DNA of 64,000 nt from an uncultured Acidimicrobiales bacterium (GTDB taxonomy: Bacteria; Actinomycetota; Acidimicrobiia; Acidimicrobiales; UBA10347). The stretch lies in the NCBI GenBank assembly GCA_943788915.1, contig CALSSD010000009.1, positions 1 through 64,000 on the forward strand, given 5' to 3'. Position numbers and translations under genes: made by a program. Under the pieces are notes generated by a model. That model was not told the origin of the DNA, searched no databases, and worked only from the letters and a program-made list of their open reading frames with translations. Positions 1 through 9,294 of the stretch are shown here, in pieces; position 1 is the first letter of the stretch, and each line of letters begins with the position of its first letter.

Positions 1-48
1 CGTTGTTCAACAGCCATGTCGATCGCGTCGACGATCAGGCTGGGGTGC

Positions 49-1443
49 GGTATGAGTCCCCTGGAGTGGTGGGGTTTCGGGGAGCGGTGGGATCCACCTT
101 TGGGTGAGCCACCGGCGTGATGCTCGGTGTGTACCTACGAAGTGCACACCATGAGGAGAACCCGCCGATGGCTCTTGAAGAGTCTGCCGTAAACGAACTG
201 CTCGACGCGCTCAGCGTCGGGGAAGGAACCGACCTTGTCCGAGAGCTCGCCCAGTGGGCTTTGCAACAGCTGATCGAGGCTGAAGCCACTGAAGCGATTG
301 GGGCTGGTCGTTGGGGCCGTGACCCGGGCCGAGTCGCCCATCGCAACGGGCATCGCCCCAAAGTGCTCTCAACCAAGGCCGGCGACCTGCACTTGGGGAT
401 CCCGAAACTCCGTCGAGGGTCGTTCTTCCCCGAGATCCTGGAACCGCGTCGTCGTATCGACCAGGCCCTGTACTCGGTGGTTATGGAGGCCTATGTCAAC
501 GGCGTCTCCACAAGATCGGTCGATGATCTTGTCGCTGCGTTGGGTATCGATACCGGGATCTCCAAATCAGAGGTGTCACGGATCTGTGCTGGTCTTGATG
601 TGCGGGTCGAAGCGTTCCGCAACCGCACCCTGGGCCATGTCGAGTTCCCCTACGTCTACCTTGACGCCACCTACATCCATGTCCGCGACGACGCCCTGGG
701 CCAGGTCGTGTCTCGGGCGGTCGTGATTGCGACCGGGATCACCGCCAACGGCGACCGTGAGATCCTGGGCGTCGCTATAGGCGATTCGGAGGATGAGACG
801 TTCTGGACCCGGTTCCTGCGCTCGCTCAAACAACGGGGCCTGGCTGGGGTGCGGTTGGTGATCTCCGATGCCCACGCCGGGCTGAGGGCCTCGATCCGCA
901 AATGCTTCGCTGGCGCGTCCTGGCAACGCTGCCGAGTTCACTACGCCCGCAACCTGCTGGCCAAGATCCCCAAGTCACACACCGACTTCGTCGCAGCGAC
1001 ATTCCGATCGATCTTCGCACTGTCCACACCAGCCGAAGTCGGGGCCCGATGGGACGAGGTCGCCGTCATGCTCGCCGAGCAATTCCCCAAAGCAGCCAAG
1101 TCAATGAACGCCGCCCGCACCGATGTCCTCGCGTTCTGCGCGTTCCCCAAAACGCACTGGCGCAAGATCTGGTCGAACAACCCGCTGGAGCGCCTCAACA
1201 AGGAAGTGAAACGACGATCCAACGTCGTCGGGATCTTCCCCAACGACGCCGCAGCCATCCGCCTCATCGGAGCGGTGTTGTCAGATCAACACGACGAATG
1301 GGCCATCGCCCGCCGCTACCTATCGGAGGCTTCCATGGCCGAACTCAACCAGCCATGCCATACTCAACCAGACCAGCCTCAACTCGAGAGCTGACCACAC
1401 CGAGCTTCACACTCGAACCCCACCACAAGATGGGACTCTGCCC
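49..1443 (+). mobile_element. IS256-family insertion sequence, inserted into the orfB of an IS3 element
   Basis: Imperfect terminal IRs GGTATGAGTCCCCTGGAGTGGTGGGG (from 49) and CCCCACCACAAGATGGGACTCTGCCC (to 1443) enclose the transposase. Exact ends are uncertain by about 1 bp. Confidence 0.9.
168..1394 (+). CDS. IS256-family (Mutator-like) DDE transposase
   Basis: Motifs RNGHRPK, GVSTRSV, YLDATY, LVISDAHAGL, WQRCRVHYARN, NNPLERLNKEVKRR. GAGGAG RBS before ATG168. Confidence 0.96.
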   Translation: MALEESAVNELLDALSVGEGTDLVRELAQWALQQLIEAEATEAIGAGRWGRDPGRVAHRNGHRPKVLSTKAGDLHLGIPKLRRGSFFPEILEPRRRIDQALYSVVMEAYVNGVSTRSVDDLVAALGIDTGISKSEVSRICAGLDVRVEAFRNRTLGHVEFPYVYLDATYIHVRDDALGQVVSRAVVIATGITANGDREILGVAIGDSEDETFWTRFLRSLKQRGLAGVRLVISDAHAGLRASIRKCFAGASWQRCRVHYARNLLAKIPKSHTDFVAATFRSIFALSTPAEVGARWDEVAVMLAEQFPKAAKSMNAARTDVLAFCAFPKTHWRKIWSNNPLERLNKEVKRRSNVVGIFPNDAAAIRLIGAVLSDQHDEWAIARRYLSEASMAELNQPCHTQPDQPQLES

Positions 1444-1948
1444 TGGTGCGCATGTGGTTCGCGTAGGACCAACCAACAATGCGACGTGAGAACACGTCGA
1501 GCACGGTGGCCAGATAGCCGAAGCCAGCCAGCGTTGGCACGTATGTGATGTCCGCGACCCAAAGCTCGTTCGGGGCGGCAGCGGTGAAGTCACGTTTCAC
1601 CCGATCAGGTGCTGGCGCAGCCGATGAATCTCGTTTGGTTGTCCACACCTTCTTTCGGCGGTGACAGCCCACAAGCCCGGCGTCACGCATCAAACGGGCG
1701 ACGCGCTTGCGGCCACAACGAATGTTGGAGTCATCGGCAAGCTCCGCGTGAATCCTCGGCATTCCATAAGTTGACCTGGACTCGGTGTGGATGCGTTTTA
1801 TGACAGCGGTGTACGCCGCGTCGACGATGCGACGCTGGCAAGGCGGGCGTTTGCGCCAGGCGTAATAGCCCTGACGCGTCACGACCAGCCGTTCGCACAT
1901 GAACTTGATTGAGAAGTCAGCCTTCTCCACGTGAATGAACTCGAACAC
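1444..1948 (-). pseudogene. IS3 orfB integrase-core transposase, N-terminal part, disrupted by IS256
   Basis: YGMPRIHAEL, RKRVARLMR, PNELWVADITYV, LDVFSRRIVGW. Homology stops at HMRT, exactly at the IS256 end. Confidence 0.92.
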
Positions 1949-1950
1949 CG

Positions 1951-2247
1951 CTACCGGGTCGGGTTATTCTTCGCCGCAAAGAAGGCCGCTGCTTTTTCCA
2001 GCAGGTCCTTTTCCATCTTCAAAATCCGGTTCTCCACACGCAGGCGTTTCAACTCGGCTTCCTCATCGGTGCTGAGACCATCACGATCTCCGTTATCGAT
2101 CTCGGCCTGGGCGACCCACGACGCAATCGACTGACCTGTCGGCTCGAACTCCCTAGCCAGCGAGGCAGGCGTTCGGCCCTCCTCGCGAACCAGACGAACC
2201 AGCTCCGCTTTGTACTCAGCCGGATAGGCCGCACGTGTTCTTGGCAT
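1951..2247 (-). CDS. IS3 orfA (HTH transposase subunit)
   Basis: YPAEYKAELVRLV...ELKRLRVENRILKMEKDLLEKAAAFFA. GAGGAG RBS upstream. Confidence 0.93.
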   Translation of the reverse strand: MPRTRAAYPAEYKAELVRLVREEGRTPASLAREFEPTGQSIASWVAQAEIDNGDRDGLSTDEEAELKRLRVENRILKMEKDLLEKAAAFFAAKNNPTR

Positions 2248-2287
2248 CTTGACTCCTCGCCAGATCCATTCAAAGACCTCAGCGCTC

Positions 2288-2343
2288 AGGTGTCAACGAA
2301 ACCGGGGTTGCTCCAAGGTGTCAACGAGACCGAGGTTGCTCCA
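2288..2343. repeat. Tandem duplication of the 28-bp IS3 terminal IR
   Basis: AGGTGTCAACGAAACCGGGGTTGCTCCA (2288-2315) followed by AGGTGTCAACGAGACCGAGGTTGCTCCA (2316-2343), 2 mismatches. Confidence 0.9.
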
Positions 2344-2410
2344 CAGAGCCACCCACCAGTGATGCAGCGCAAGAGTTCTGATTACGTTAACCCTGAGCTA
2401 GGTTGCACCT

Positions 2411-2995
2411 ATGGACACGCCATTCCGGTTGGACGACACCGTCGAAGCCTCTCTCCAAGACCTTCAGACTGTCACGTCTTCGGGCCAATCGGTCGCTCCG
2501 GTGATCGCTGGGGTCAAGACCTATGCACCAACGAACCATGTTGACCATCGGGGCAGGCTCTTCGAGGTCTACCCCGGTCAGAACGAGTTCTGGCATGAGC
2601 CGGTTGTCTACTGCTATTCGTGGTCCATTCGTTCAAGGACCGCAAAGGGCTGGGGCCTTCATCTCAAAAAAGATGACCGCTACACGCTCATTCATGGCGA
2701 GGCCCTGTCGGTGCTGTACGACGCCCGGTTGGATTCGCCGACACATGGACTGGTACAGAAGGTGCCATTATCCGCCCATGGCACGAGACAGCTCTTGATT
2801 CCCAAGGGCGTTTGGCACATCACACTCAATCTGACTGAGACCGAGACATTCCTGATCAATCACCCCACGCAGGTCTATGACCATGCGCATCCTGATCGGC
2901 TCTTGCTTGCGTGGGACTCTCTTGCAATCCCCTTCGACCTAGCCTCATTGTTCCCTATCCAGCTGACGAGCTGCGGAAACGGTGACTGCCATTAG
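2411..2995 (+). CDS. RmlC-like cupin (dTDP-4-dehydrorhamnose 3,5-epimerase family)
   Basis: HVDHRGRLFE, KGWGLH, LYDARLDSPTHG, LLIPKGVWH. Confidence 0.8.
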   Translation: MDTPFRLDDTVEASLQDLQTVTSSGQSVAPVIAGVKTYAPTNHVDHRGRLFEVYPGQNEFWHEPVVYCYSWSIRSRTAKGWGLHLKKDDRYTLIHGEALSVLYDARLDSPTHGLVQKVPLSAHGTRQLLIPKGVWHITLNLTETETFLINHPTQVYDHAHPDRLLLAWDSLAIPFDLASLFPIQLTSCGNGDCH

Positions 2996-3031
2996 CCGCC
3001 TCGGAATCAGACACCGCGCTTGACCCAGCTA

Positions 3032-3979
3032 ATGAGCAGCCCTGCGGTCACCGTCATCATCCCAACCCACAATCACCCAGGCCCGCTTGCATTTTCGATC
3101 GCCAGCGTGCTGCAGCAATCGTTTGAAGACCTTTCGCTCGTTGTGATCGGTGATGGGGTTGGCGATGACACCAGATGCGTTGTTTTCGAGGCGATGAAAC
3201 AGGATTCACGTGTCTCGTTCGTGGATCGGCCAAAGTCCGCAAGGCATGCCGAGGCGGTCCGGCACGAAGTCATTTGTTCGGTCGACTCCCCTTTCATCGC
3301 CTATCAGGGCGACGATGACCTCTGGCTCCCAAACCACCTGCAGGTCATGTTGCAACTCCTGGATGACGCTGACTTTGTCCACCCCCTGCCCATCTTTGTG
3401 AAAGCAAACGGCACGCTACGTCACGCGCCGACCGATCTCTCTCGACCTAGATGTCTTGCCTGGCACTTGAGCGAGACTCCGCGCAATGCCATTTCTCTCA
3501 CTGGCGTGACACACTCTCGAGCGTCCTATTTGAAACTGCCCTATGGGTGGCGAGAAACGCCCGCAGGCCGTTGGACAGATCATTACATGTGGCAGCAGTA
3601 CTTTCTGAGCGACGACGTCAGACTGAAGACGAGTCCTTTATCGACCACAATCAAGCTGGCGGCAAATGAGCGCTCTTCAATGTCCGCTGCCGAGCGAACA
3701 GCCGAAGCCAGCGCATTGTGGAAGCAAATTCTGGGTAGCACAAATTTTGAGGAGAAATGGCAAGCCAAGGTTGTTAGTGCAGTCCGACAAACGAGCGTCT
3801 CGCTCCAGCTGGCAGACACAGAGAAATCTGACCTGCTCCAGCAAACCCGCAGAGAACGCGACTCCTTACGACACGACCTCGACGCAATCCGTCGCTCAAG
3901 GTCTTGGCGATTCACTGAGCCGCTTCGCGACCTCAAAGCCGCCTGGCTGAACTGGCGTACCAGAGATCAACGCACTTGA
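3032..3979 (+). CDS. Glycosyltransferase family 2
   Basis: VTVIIPTHN, SVLQQS, VVIGDG, YQGDDDLWLPNHL. C-terminal coiled coil ending SRSWRFTEPLR. Confidence 0.88.
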   Translation: MSSPAVTVIIPTHNHPGPLAFSIASVLQQSFEDLSLVVIGDGVGDDTRCVVFEAMKQDSRVSFVDRPKSARHAEAVRHEVICSVDSPFIAYQGDDDLWLPNHLQVMLQLLDDADFVHPLPIFVKANGTLRHAPTDLSRPRCLAWHLSETPRNAISLTGVTHSRASYLKLPYGWRETPAGRWTDHYMWQQYFLSDDVRLKTSPLSTTIKLAANERSSMSAAERTAEASALWKQILGSTNFEEKWQAKVVSAVRQTSVSLQLADTEKSDLLQQTRRERDSLRHDLDAIRRSRSWRFTEPLRDLKAAWLNWRTRDQRT

Positions 3980-4071
3980 TGGTCTGATGTTCGATGCCAG
4001 TCGTTTCGCCATTCAGGAGCAACTGCTAGTTGGACTCAAACCAGCGCAACGACGGCATCTATCTTGGCAAG

Positions 4072-4284
4072 ATGGCCCAGACCAAACCTGAACAATCAGA
4101 AGCGGGCCGTAGATGGAATCCTGCCCTCGCCAAGATGGCGGTTCTCGTCACCGCAGCACTTGCATGGACACTAGCCATAGGCTCCAGCGCGAATGAGCAG
4201 GTCGATGAACCTGATGTCTGCACTACGACGGTCTACGAAGGATGTCCCAGTCGCTGGGAGTACCTCTGGGCAGCTGAGGACTAA
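4072..4284 (+). CDS. Small hypothetical membrane/secreted protein
   Basis: One hydrophobic segment, two Cys. TATCTT -10 hexamer 6 nt before the ATG. Confidence 0.45.
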   Translation: MAQTKPEQSEAGRRWNPALAKMAVLVTAALAWTLAIGSSANEQVDEPDVCTTTVYEGCPSRWEYLWAAED

Positions 4285-4418
4285 TCTGTCGGAGGCGCCT
4301 CGTTCGCTGAGTCGAGCCAAACAATACCCAGTAACGAAAGATCGCCCCTCTGTCTCCGAGACTCGTGTACGTTGACGGCAGCCGGGCACATCATCCATCT
4401 CACAGAAACCGAATAGCC

Positions 4419-4802
4419 ATGGAAATGACGACTTCCCTCACCTATCTAGCCTGGAGTTCACTGCTGTGCATCGCACTGTGGTTGCCCTACGTGCTGGAAC
4501 GGATCCAACGTCAGGGATTGAAAACCGCTGTCGAGTACAAGCACGAAGATGCAGAACCAGCAGCATGGGCGAAGCGCTCCAATCGGGCACACCTAAACCT
4601 CGTCGAAAACCTCGCACCATTCGCAGCCCTGGTACTCATCGCCAACCTGACCAATGTAGGTGTCGCCGGCGCTGCTGCACTGTTCTTCTGGGCCAGGGTC
4701 GCTCAGGCAATCGTGCACATCGCCGGCGTGCCATACCTTCGCACAGCAGCGTTTTTTGTGAGCTGGGTCGCAATGGTCATCATCTTCTTCCAGATCATCT
4801 GA
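4419..4802 (+). CDS. MAPEG family membrane protein
   Basis: WAKRSNRAHLNLVENLAPFAAL, FFWARVAQAIVHIAGVPYLRT. Confidence 0.88.
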   Translation: MEMTTSLTYLAWSSLLCIALWLPYVLERIQRQGLKTAVEYKHEDAEPAAWAKRSNRAHLNLVENLAPFAALVLIANLTNVGVAGAAALFFWARVAQAIVHIAGVPYLRTAAFFVSWVAMVIIFFQII

Positions 4803-5101
4803 ACCCCATTGCGCCAGCTCAGGTCAGGTGCAACAAACACTGGCAAGAACAGTAAACCCAAGCAGCGCCCCTCCAAAAGACCTGCGTAAATCTGCGGGTT
4901 ACTCCTCCGGGTAGTCGTTTCCCAAGCGGACATTTCCGACATTGTTGGTGAACACTGTCACGAAGGCCCGATGACAACAACGAAGAGATGGGAGGTTACT
5001 CGGATCATGCCGGCGCGGTAACCGCGCACAGCACAACCCAATCGTTGCACGCGTGGTGGCAGCCAGACGCTTTTTTCATGACTCGTTGCACAATAGTCCC
5101 A

Positions 5102-5349
5102 GGTGAACCATTAGGTGAGCCAAGCCCCCACGAACGCCAGCGAACGCCCACGGCACGCTGACCACTTATCTAAACACTCCAGCGAACTCCAACGAGCAAT
5201 CACGGACACCCGTTTCTCCATGGCATAGAGGAGGCCAGGAGTTCAATCCTCCTAAGCTCCGCGCATAACTATGCGGTTCCTGCTCCGGCAGGAACCGCAT
5301 TCTGCGATTTGGGGCGCCCAGGTGAGCCGTTGCCACTCGATGGCTCACC
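5102..5349 (+). repeat. att-like site 1: degenerate tRNA-Ala(GGC) 3' half with flanking GGTGAGCC-type repeats and a hairpin
   Basis: CTCCATGGCATAGAGGAGGCCAGGAGTTCAATCCTCCTAAGCTCC (5216-5260) resembles the anticodon arm, T arm and acceptor 3' strand of tRNA-Ala. About 200 bp are directly repeated at 8123-8320. Confidence 0.75.
5271..5300 (+). terminator. Perfect 13-bp hairpin after the tRNA fragment
   Basis: ATGCGGTTCCTGC-TCCG-GCAGGAACCGCAT. A degenerate copy lies at 8281-8310. Confidence 0.6.
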
Positions 5350-5415
5350 GCCTGAGGCCCGGAGCGAGCCCTATTCGCCAGCATCCAGCGATGTGGCTAT
5401 AGGCAAGGGCTACTG

Positions 5416-6828
5416 GTGTGGGCTGCATCTCAAGAGCGCCTCGCTTTCCCTGACCACACCGCCGGGGTAGCATCTATTCTTGAACCAAGGCGAAATAGGC
5501 CCGACAAAGAAAGCTGCGCCAACGTGAGTGATGGAAGGTCGATCCCAGCCAGCCTTGCGGACGCCTTTCCGGGGGCCCTCTACAGTGTCATCTCGGCTGA
5601 GAGCGGCGAATTTACCTTCTCCTTTCTGAGCAAAGGAATCAAAGCGCTCTACGGGTTCAGTGCCGACGAGGTATCCGAGGATCCAATGCTTCTGAACCGG
5701 TGCATGCACGAAGTCGACATTCCCGGCTACAAACAAGCGAGCGACTTCGCGTCCGAGAACATGTCTGTGCTCGATCACGAGTATCGGATCACGTCGCGCT
5801 CCGGTGAACTTCGTTGGATCGGTGTTCGGGCGGTCCCTCAAAGCATGGTTGACGGCTCAACTTCTTGGTCAGGAGTCATGGTCGACATCACTGACCGAAA
5901 GCAAGCCGAGGACGCTCAGGCCGCGACCCAAACGCTATTTCGGACACTCTTCGGGGTCCTTCCGCAGGGCATCATACTGCGGGACCACCTCGGCACTGTT
6001 GTAGATGCCAATCCTGCAGCCGCCCACATCCTCCAGACGTCGTTGACTGAACTGCTGAACACCCCCGCTATGCATCCGCTGGTCGACGCGATCTGGCCGG
6101 ATGGATCCCCGGTTCCCAACGATGAGCTACCAAGCCTCGTGGCCCTGCGGACCGGGGAACCGACAGAGAGCAAGATCATTGGTTCGGCGAGGGGCCGCGG
6201 GGGCAAGAACCACATCTGGATGCGCGTGAACGCTGTGCCGATCCTGAGGAACAAAGAGATCTATCGAGTGATTGTCACTCTGGAGGACCTCACCGATGGG
6301 GTCAAACTCACTCGAAAGTTACAGGAGGAGGCCGAAACGGACTTTCTGACTCAGGTGTCGAATCGGCGAAGTTTCATGGCTCGGCTTTCTGCCGAAGTTG
6401 ATCGGCTGCAGTTCGACCCCGAGCCTTCCTCCGCGGTGCTGGCGATCGACCTCGATCATTTCAAGGCAGTCAACGATACGTTCGGCCATGCCTGTGGCGA
6501 CGCTGTACTCGTGCACGCGGCTTCCATGATGGCAGAGTCCATCCGCCCCGCCGACGTGGTCGCTCGTAGCGGTGGAGAAGAGTTCGCCGTGCTCCTCACT
6601 GACACGACACCGAACGGAGCCATCGCCTTAGCAGAGCGACTTCGCGCAGCGATCGAGGAACACCCAACTTTTCATGACGGGCGTGAGATCAGGGCCACTG
6701 CAAGCATCGGCCTGACTCTCATTGCCAACGCAGACATCACTGGCGTGGATGTGTTGGCGAGAGCCGACCAAGCGATGTACGACGCGAAGAGGGCTGGACG
6801 CAACGCAGTCAAGGCCGACTGGCTCTGA
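5416..6828 (+). CDS. PAS-PAS-GGDEF diguanylate cyclase (true start may be near 5524-5530)
   Basis: EYRITSRSGELRWI PAS/PAC, DFLTQVSNRR, DLDHFKAVNDTFGHACGD, RPADVVARSGGEEF (RxxD I-site and GGEEF), ADQAMYDAKRAGRN. Confidence 0.95.
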   Translation: MWAASQERLAFPDHTAGVASILEPRRNRPDKESCANVSDGRSIPASLADAFPGALYSVISAESGEFTFSFLSKGIKALYGFSADEVSEDPMLLNRCMHEVDIPGYKQASDFASENMSVLDHEYRITSRSGELRWIGVRAVPQSMVDGSTSWSGVMVDITDRKQAEDAQAATQTLFRTLFGVLPQGIILRDHLGTVVDANPAAAHILQTSLTELLNTPAMHPLVDAIWPDGSPVPNDELPSLVALRTGEPTESKIIGSARGRGGKNHIWMRVNAVPILRNKEIYRVIVTLEDLTDGVKLTRKLQEEAETDFLTQVSNRRSFMARLSAEVDRLQFDPEPSSAVLAIDLDHFKAVNDTFGHACGDAVLVHAASMMAESIRPADVVARSGGEEFAVLLTDTTPNGAIALAERLRAAIEEHPTFHDGREIRATASIGLTLIANADITGVDVLARADQAMYDAKRAGRNAVKADWL

Positions 6829-7299
6829 AGCAGCAGTCCGTGCAGTGCGGCGGTCTCGATACCGCTCGCAGCTGGCAGGTCGATCGATGTCGAAAGCCGC
6901 GAAATTACAGAATACGGGACCGGCCGAAGCAAGAACCGCATAGCCCCGTTTTTGGGCCGCCTGGCTATGTCGCCGCTGCAGATTGGTCAGTTGTTGTTTG
7001 GGTCTGCCCAGACTTTTGTTGATGTTCTGATGGGCCAATATTTCGTTTGCTCGGGGTTCCGGAGAGAGGTGCGTAAGCAGCGGCGATATCCCCACCGTTC
7101 AGTGGCCCTGACTTCGCCTCGTTCAGCGGCTACCAACACCGCCGCATCGGGGCATTGCGATTGCGGAACTGCTCGCCATTTATGATCAGAGGCTCTAGAC
7201 ACCATACGAAGTACAAGGCTTCTAAGGTCACCCGATGATTTCGAGTCTGTCGCCAAGACATACCAAGGTTGCATATTATTCACGCATACAATGTGACAG

Positions 7300-7975
7300 G
7301 TGATGTCCATGGCTGCTGGCCGAGTGTTTCGGCGGATCGAGGATCGGTGGGTTTCGGTCGGCGAACAACTCCCAGTGTGGGATCATGTCCCGCCTCGACC
7401 AAGTCAACCGATCAATGAGTGGGTGCTCCCAAAAGGCGAGGGATACCTGGCAGGAGACGTGATCGCGTTTGGTGAGACAGGCCACCGACTGTTGTCGCTT
7501 ATCCCGACCGACGATGCGGCCTGGACAGTGTGATCGACGCCGCTCTAGCGATCCATTCGCATGAACATGTCAGCGAATGGGTCACACAAATCGAACTCTG
7601 GCTGGCGATAACACTGCCCAATCCCTGGCGTTGATAACGGGGCGCAACGAGGTTCACAGATCTCGACTTGCAGGACCAATACAGACCAGGTCCGCCGCTA
7701 TCTCTGGGGTGATCGACGCTGCTCTCGCAATCCATGCAGCGCGTCCCAAGCACGTCGAAACACACATCCACCCTGAATGCGGTGCAGACACAATTGTTGG
7801 TTTCCCGGCCGACCCATCAGCGTCGCTGCCAGCGAACGCCGGAGCTCTGAGCTATGTCCGGAGCATCGTGACGAACCAGCCAGCACACAAGGCGATGCTG
7901 GCCGGTATGAGTGCGATCGAAACCGAAATTTTTGGACGACGACGCATCGTTAACGACGAATCGCTAAGCGCCTAA
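7300..7975 (+). pseudogene. Probable frameshifted hypothetical protein with an internal VIDAALAIH repeat
   Basis: Consecutive ORF pieces. GTGATCGACGC(C/T)GCTCT(A/C)GC(G/A)ATCCAT occurs near 7530 and near 7709 in different frames. Confidence 0.4.
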
Positions 7976-8122
7976 TCGGACGATGCCGACTGAGGGCACG
8001 TCAACAGCATCGGCCAATCGTTGTTCGCGCTGTGAAGTTCCAGGTGTTCTGCTTGTTCCGGTCCCCTAAAAAGCCAACAACGTTCCAGACGCTCTATTTA
8101 GCCCTCATTACGCATTGTCGCG

Positions 8123-8320
8123 GGTGAGCCATTTGGTGAGTCAATCCCCACGAACGCCAGCGAACGCCCACGGCACGCTGACCGCTTATCTAAACACTTC
8201 AGCGAACCTCGACGAACACTAGTTTCTCCATAGCATGGAAGAGGTCAGGAGTTTCTTTCTCTCAAGCTCCACGCAAAACTATGCGGTTCTTGCGGCAGCA
8301 TGGACCGCATTTTGTGATTT
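8123..8320 (+). repeat. att-like site 2: more degenerate tRNA-Ala 3' fragment repeat
   Basis: Shares CCCCACGAACGCCAGCGAACGCCCACGGCACGCTGACC and CTTATCTAAACACT with site 1. Fragment reads CTCCATAGCATGGAAGAGGTCAGGAGTT...AAGCTCCA. Confidence 0.75.
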
Positions 8321-8651
8321 CCGAGCTTCGCTGCCGTTCGATCAGCTCGTTGTGAAGGCCAGTGACGTGCGCGAGGGAAATTTAGCTTCGGATTCGTCGT
8401 CGAGAAGCTCGCCAGGCTCAACCTCGCTGACGACGAGCACGTGGTGCTCGGGACCCGCTCACCGGTGCCGACGACGTCTCGGGCGTCGGTTGGGATGAAG
8501 GAGTGGCGGCGTTCGACTCGCGTCCGGAGGCATTTAAGGGCAGCGACGAGGAACTCCTAGCAATTTTCAGTGCTGTGCTGTATCTGGCAGAGTTCGGATC
8601 GCCTGGCACCAAAAACCAGGTGCTCCGAAATCAGAGATCCCTGCACAGCAC

Positions 8652-9236
8652 GTGAGAGTCCGATCGCTAATTCACAAAGGCTGCAGACAAAACGATGGCT
8701 ATCTCACCCGATCGCGAACACCCAGGTCGGCTTGGCAAGCTTCTACTCATCAGGGCTACGGCAGCTGCCCTAGCGCTGCTATCGACGTCTTGTGTCGGCA
8801 ACTCGAATACGACTACTTCAACATCCCCCGGCACGACTCCGGCAGTGAACGCTTTGCCCAATTCGATAGCCAACCGACCCCGTGTAACGCCAGGCACCGA
8901 CACGGGAACTCCTCGGCCTACGCAGGGGAGCATCATCTCGGCACCGGGGCCTCGCCCCACTTCTGGTCCGAGAACGATTCCGCTTCCTGCCGCAACCTCG
9001 ATTCCGGCGGCCACGGCGACGGCGTTACAGATACCGACGAAGCGAGCGTCAGAACGGATCAAAACAACAGCGATACCGACGGCGGCGGCCTCAGCGATCT
9101 CGACGAGATCAACGGCGGCGGCCGCCCCTTCCCCTTCGCCAGCGACCCAACGGTCTTCGGCACCGACGGTGACGGCGCCGACGACTTCACCCAAGCACTA
9201 AACACCACCGACCCACAAGACTCAACCAGCTTCTAA
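8652..9236 (+). pseudogene. Remnant of a surface protein with acidic Ca-binding (bacterial TSP3-like) repeats
   Basis: HGDGVTDTDE, DTDGGGLSDLDE, TDGDGADD...TDPQDSTSF. The N-terminal part does not look coding. Confidence 0.5.
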
Positions 9237-9294
9237 CTCCGCGAGCAACGGGGTCTGGCGCTACGACGCGAAGTTGGCGAAGTAGGTTGGGCCG

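Larger units (their letters stand above)
1..2315 (-). mobile_element. IS3-family element interrupted by IS256; continues past the left window edge
   Basis: orfA plus orfB. Terminal IR TGGAGCAACCCCGGTTTCGTTGACACCT starts at 2315. orfB resumes left of the IS256 as SLIVDAIDMAVEQ. Confidence 0.88.

Noticed and set aside
1940..2000. Programmed -1 frameshift signal between IS3 orfA and orfB
   Set aside because: The GAAAAAG run is followed by a TAA in the -1 frame, and I could not identify a convincing slippery site downstream of it.
5216..5262. Functional tRNA-Ala gene
   Set aside because: No 5' acceptor strand or D arm and no CCA; only a degenerate 3' half, here and at 8226-8271.
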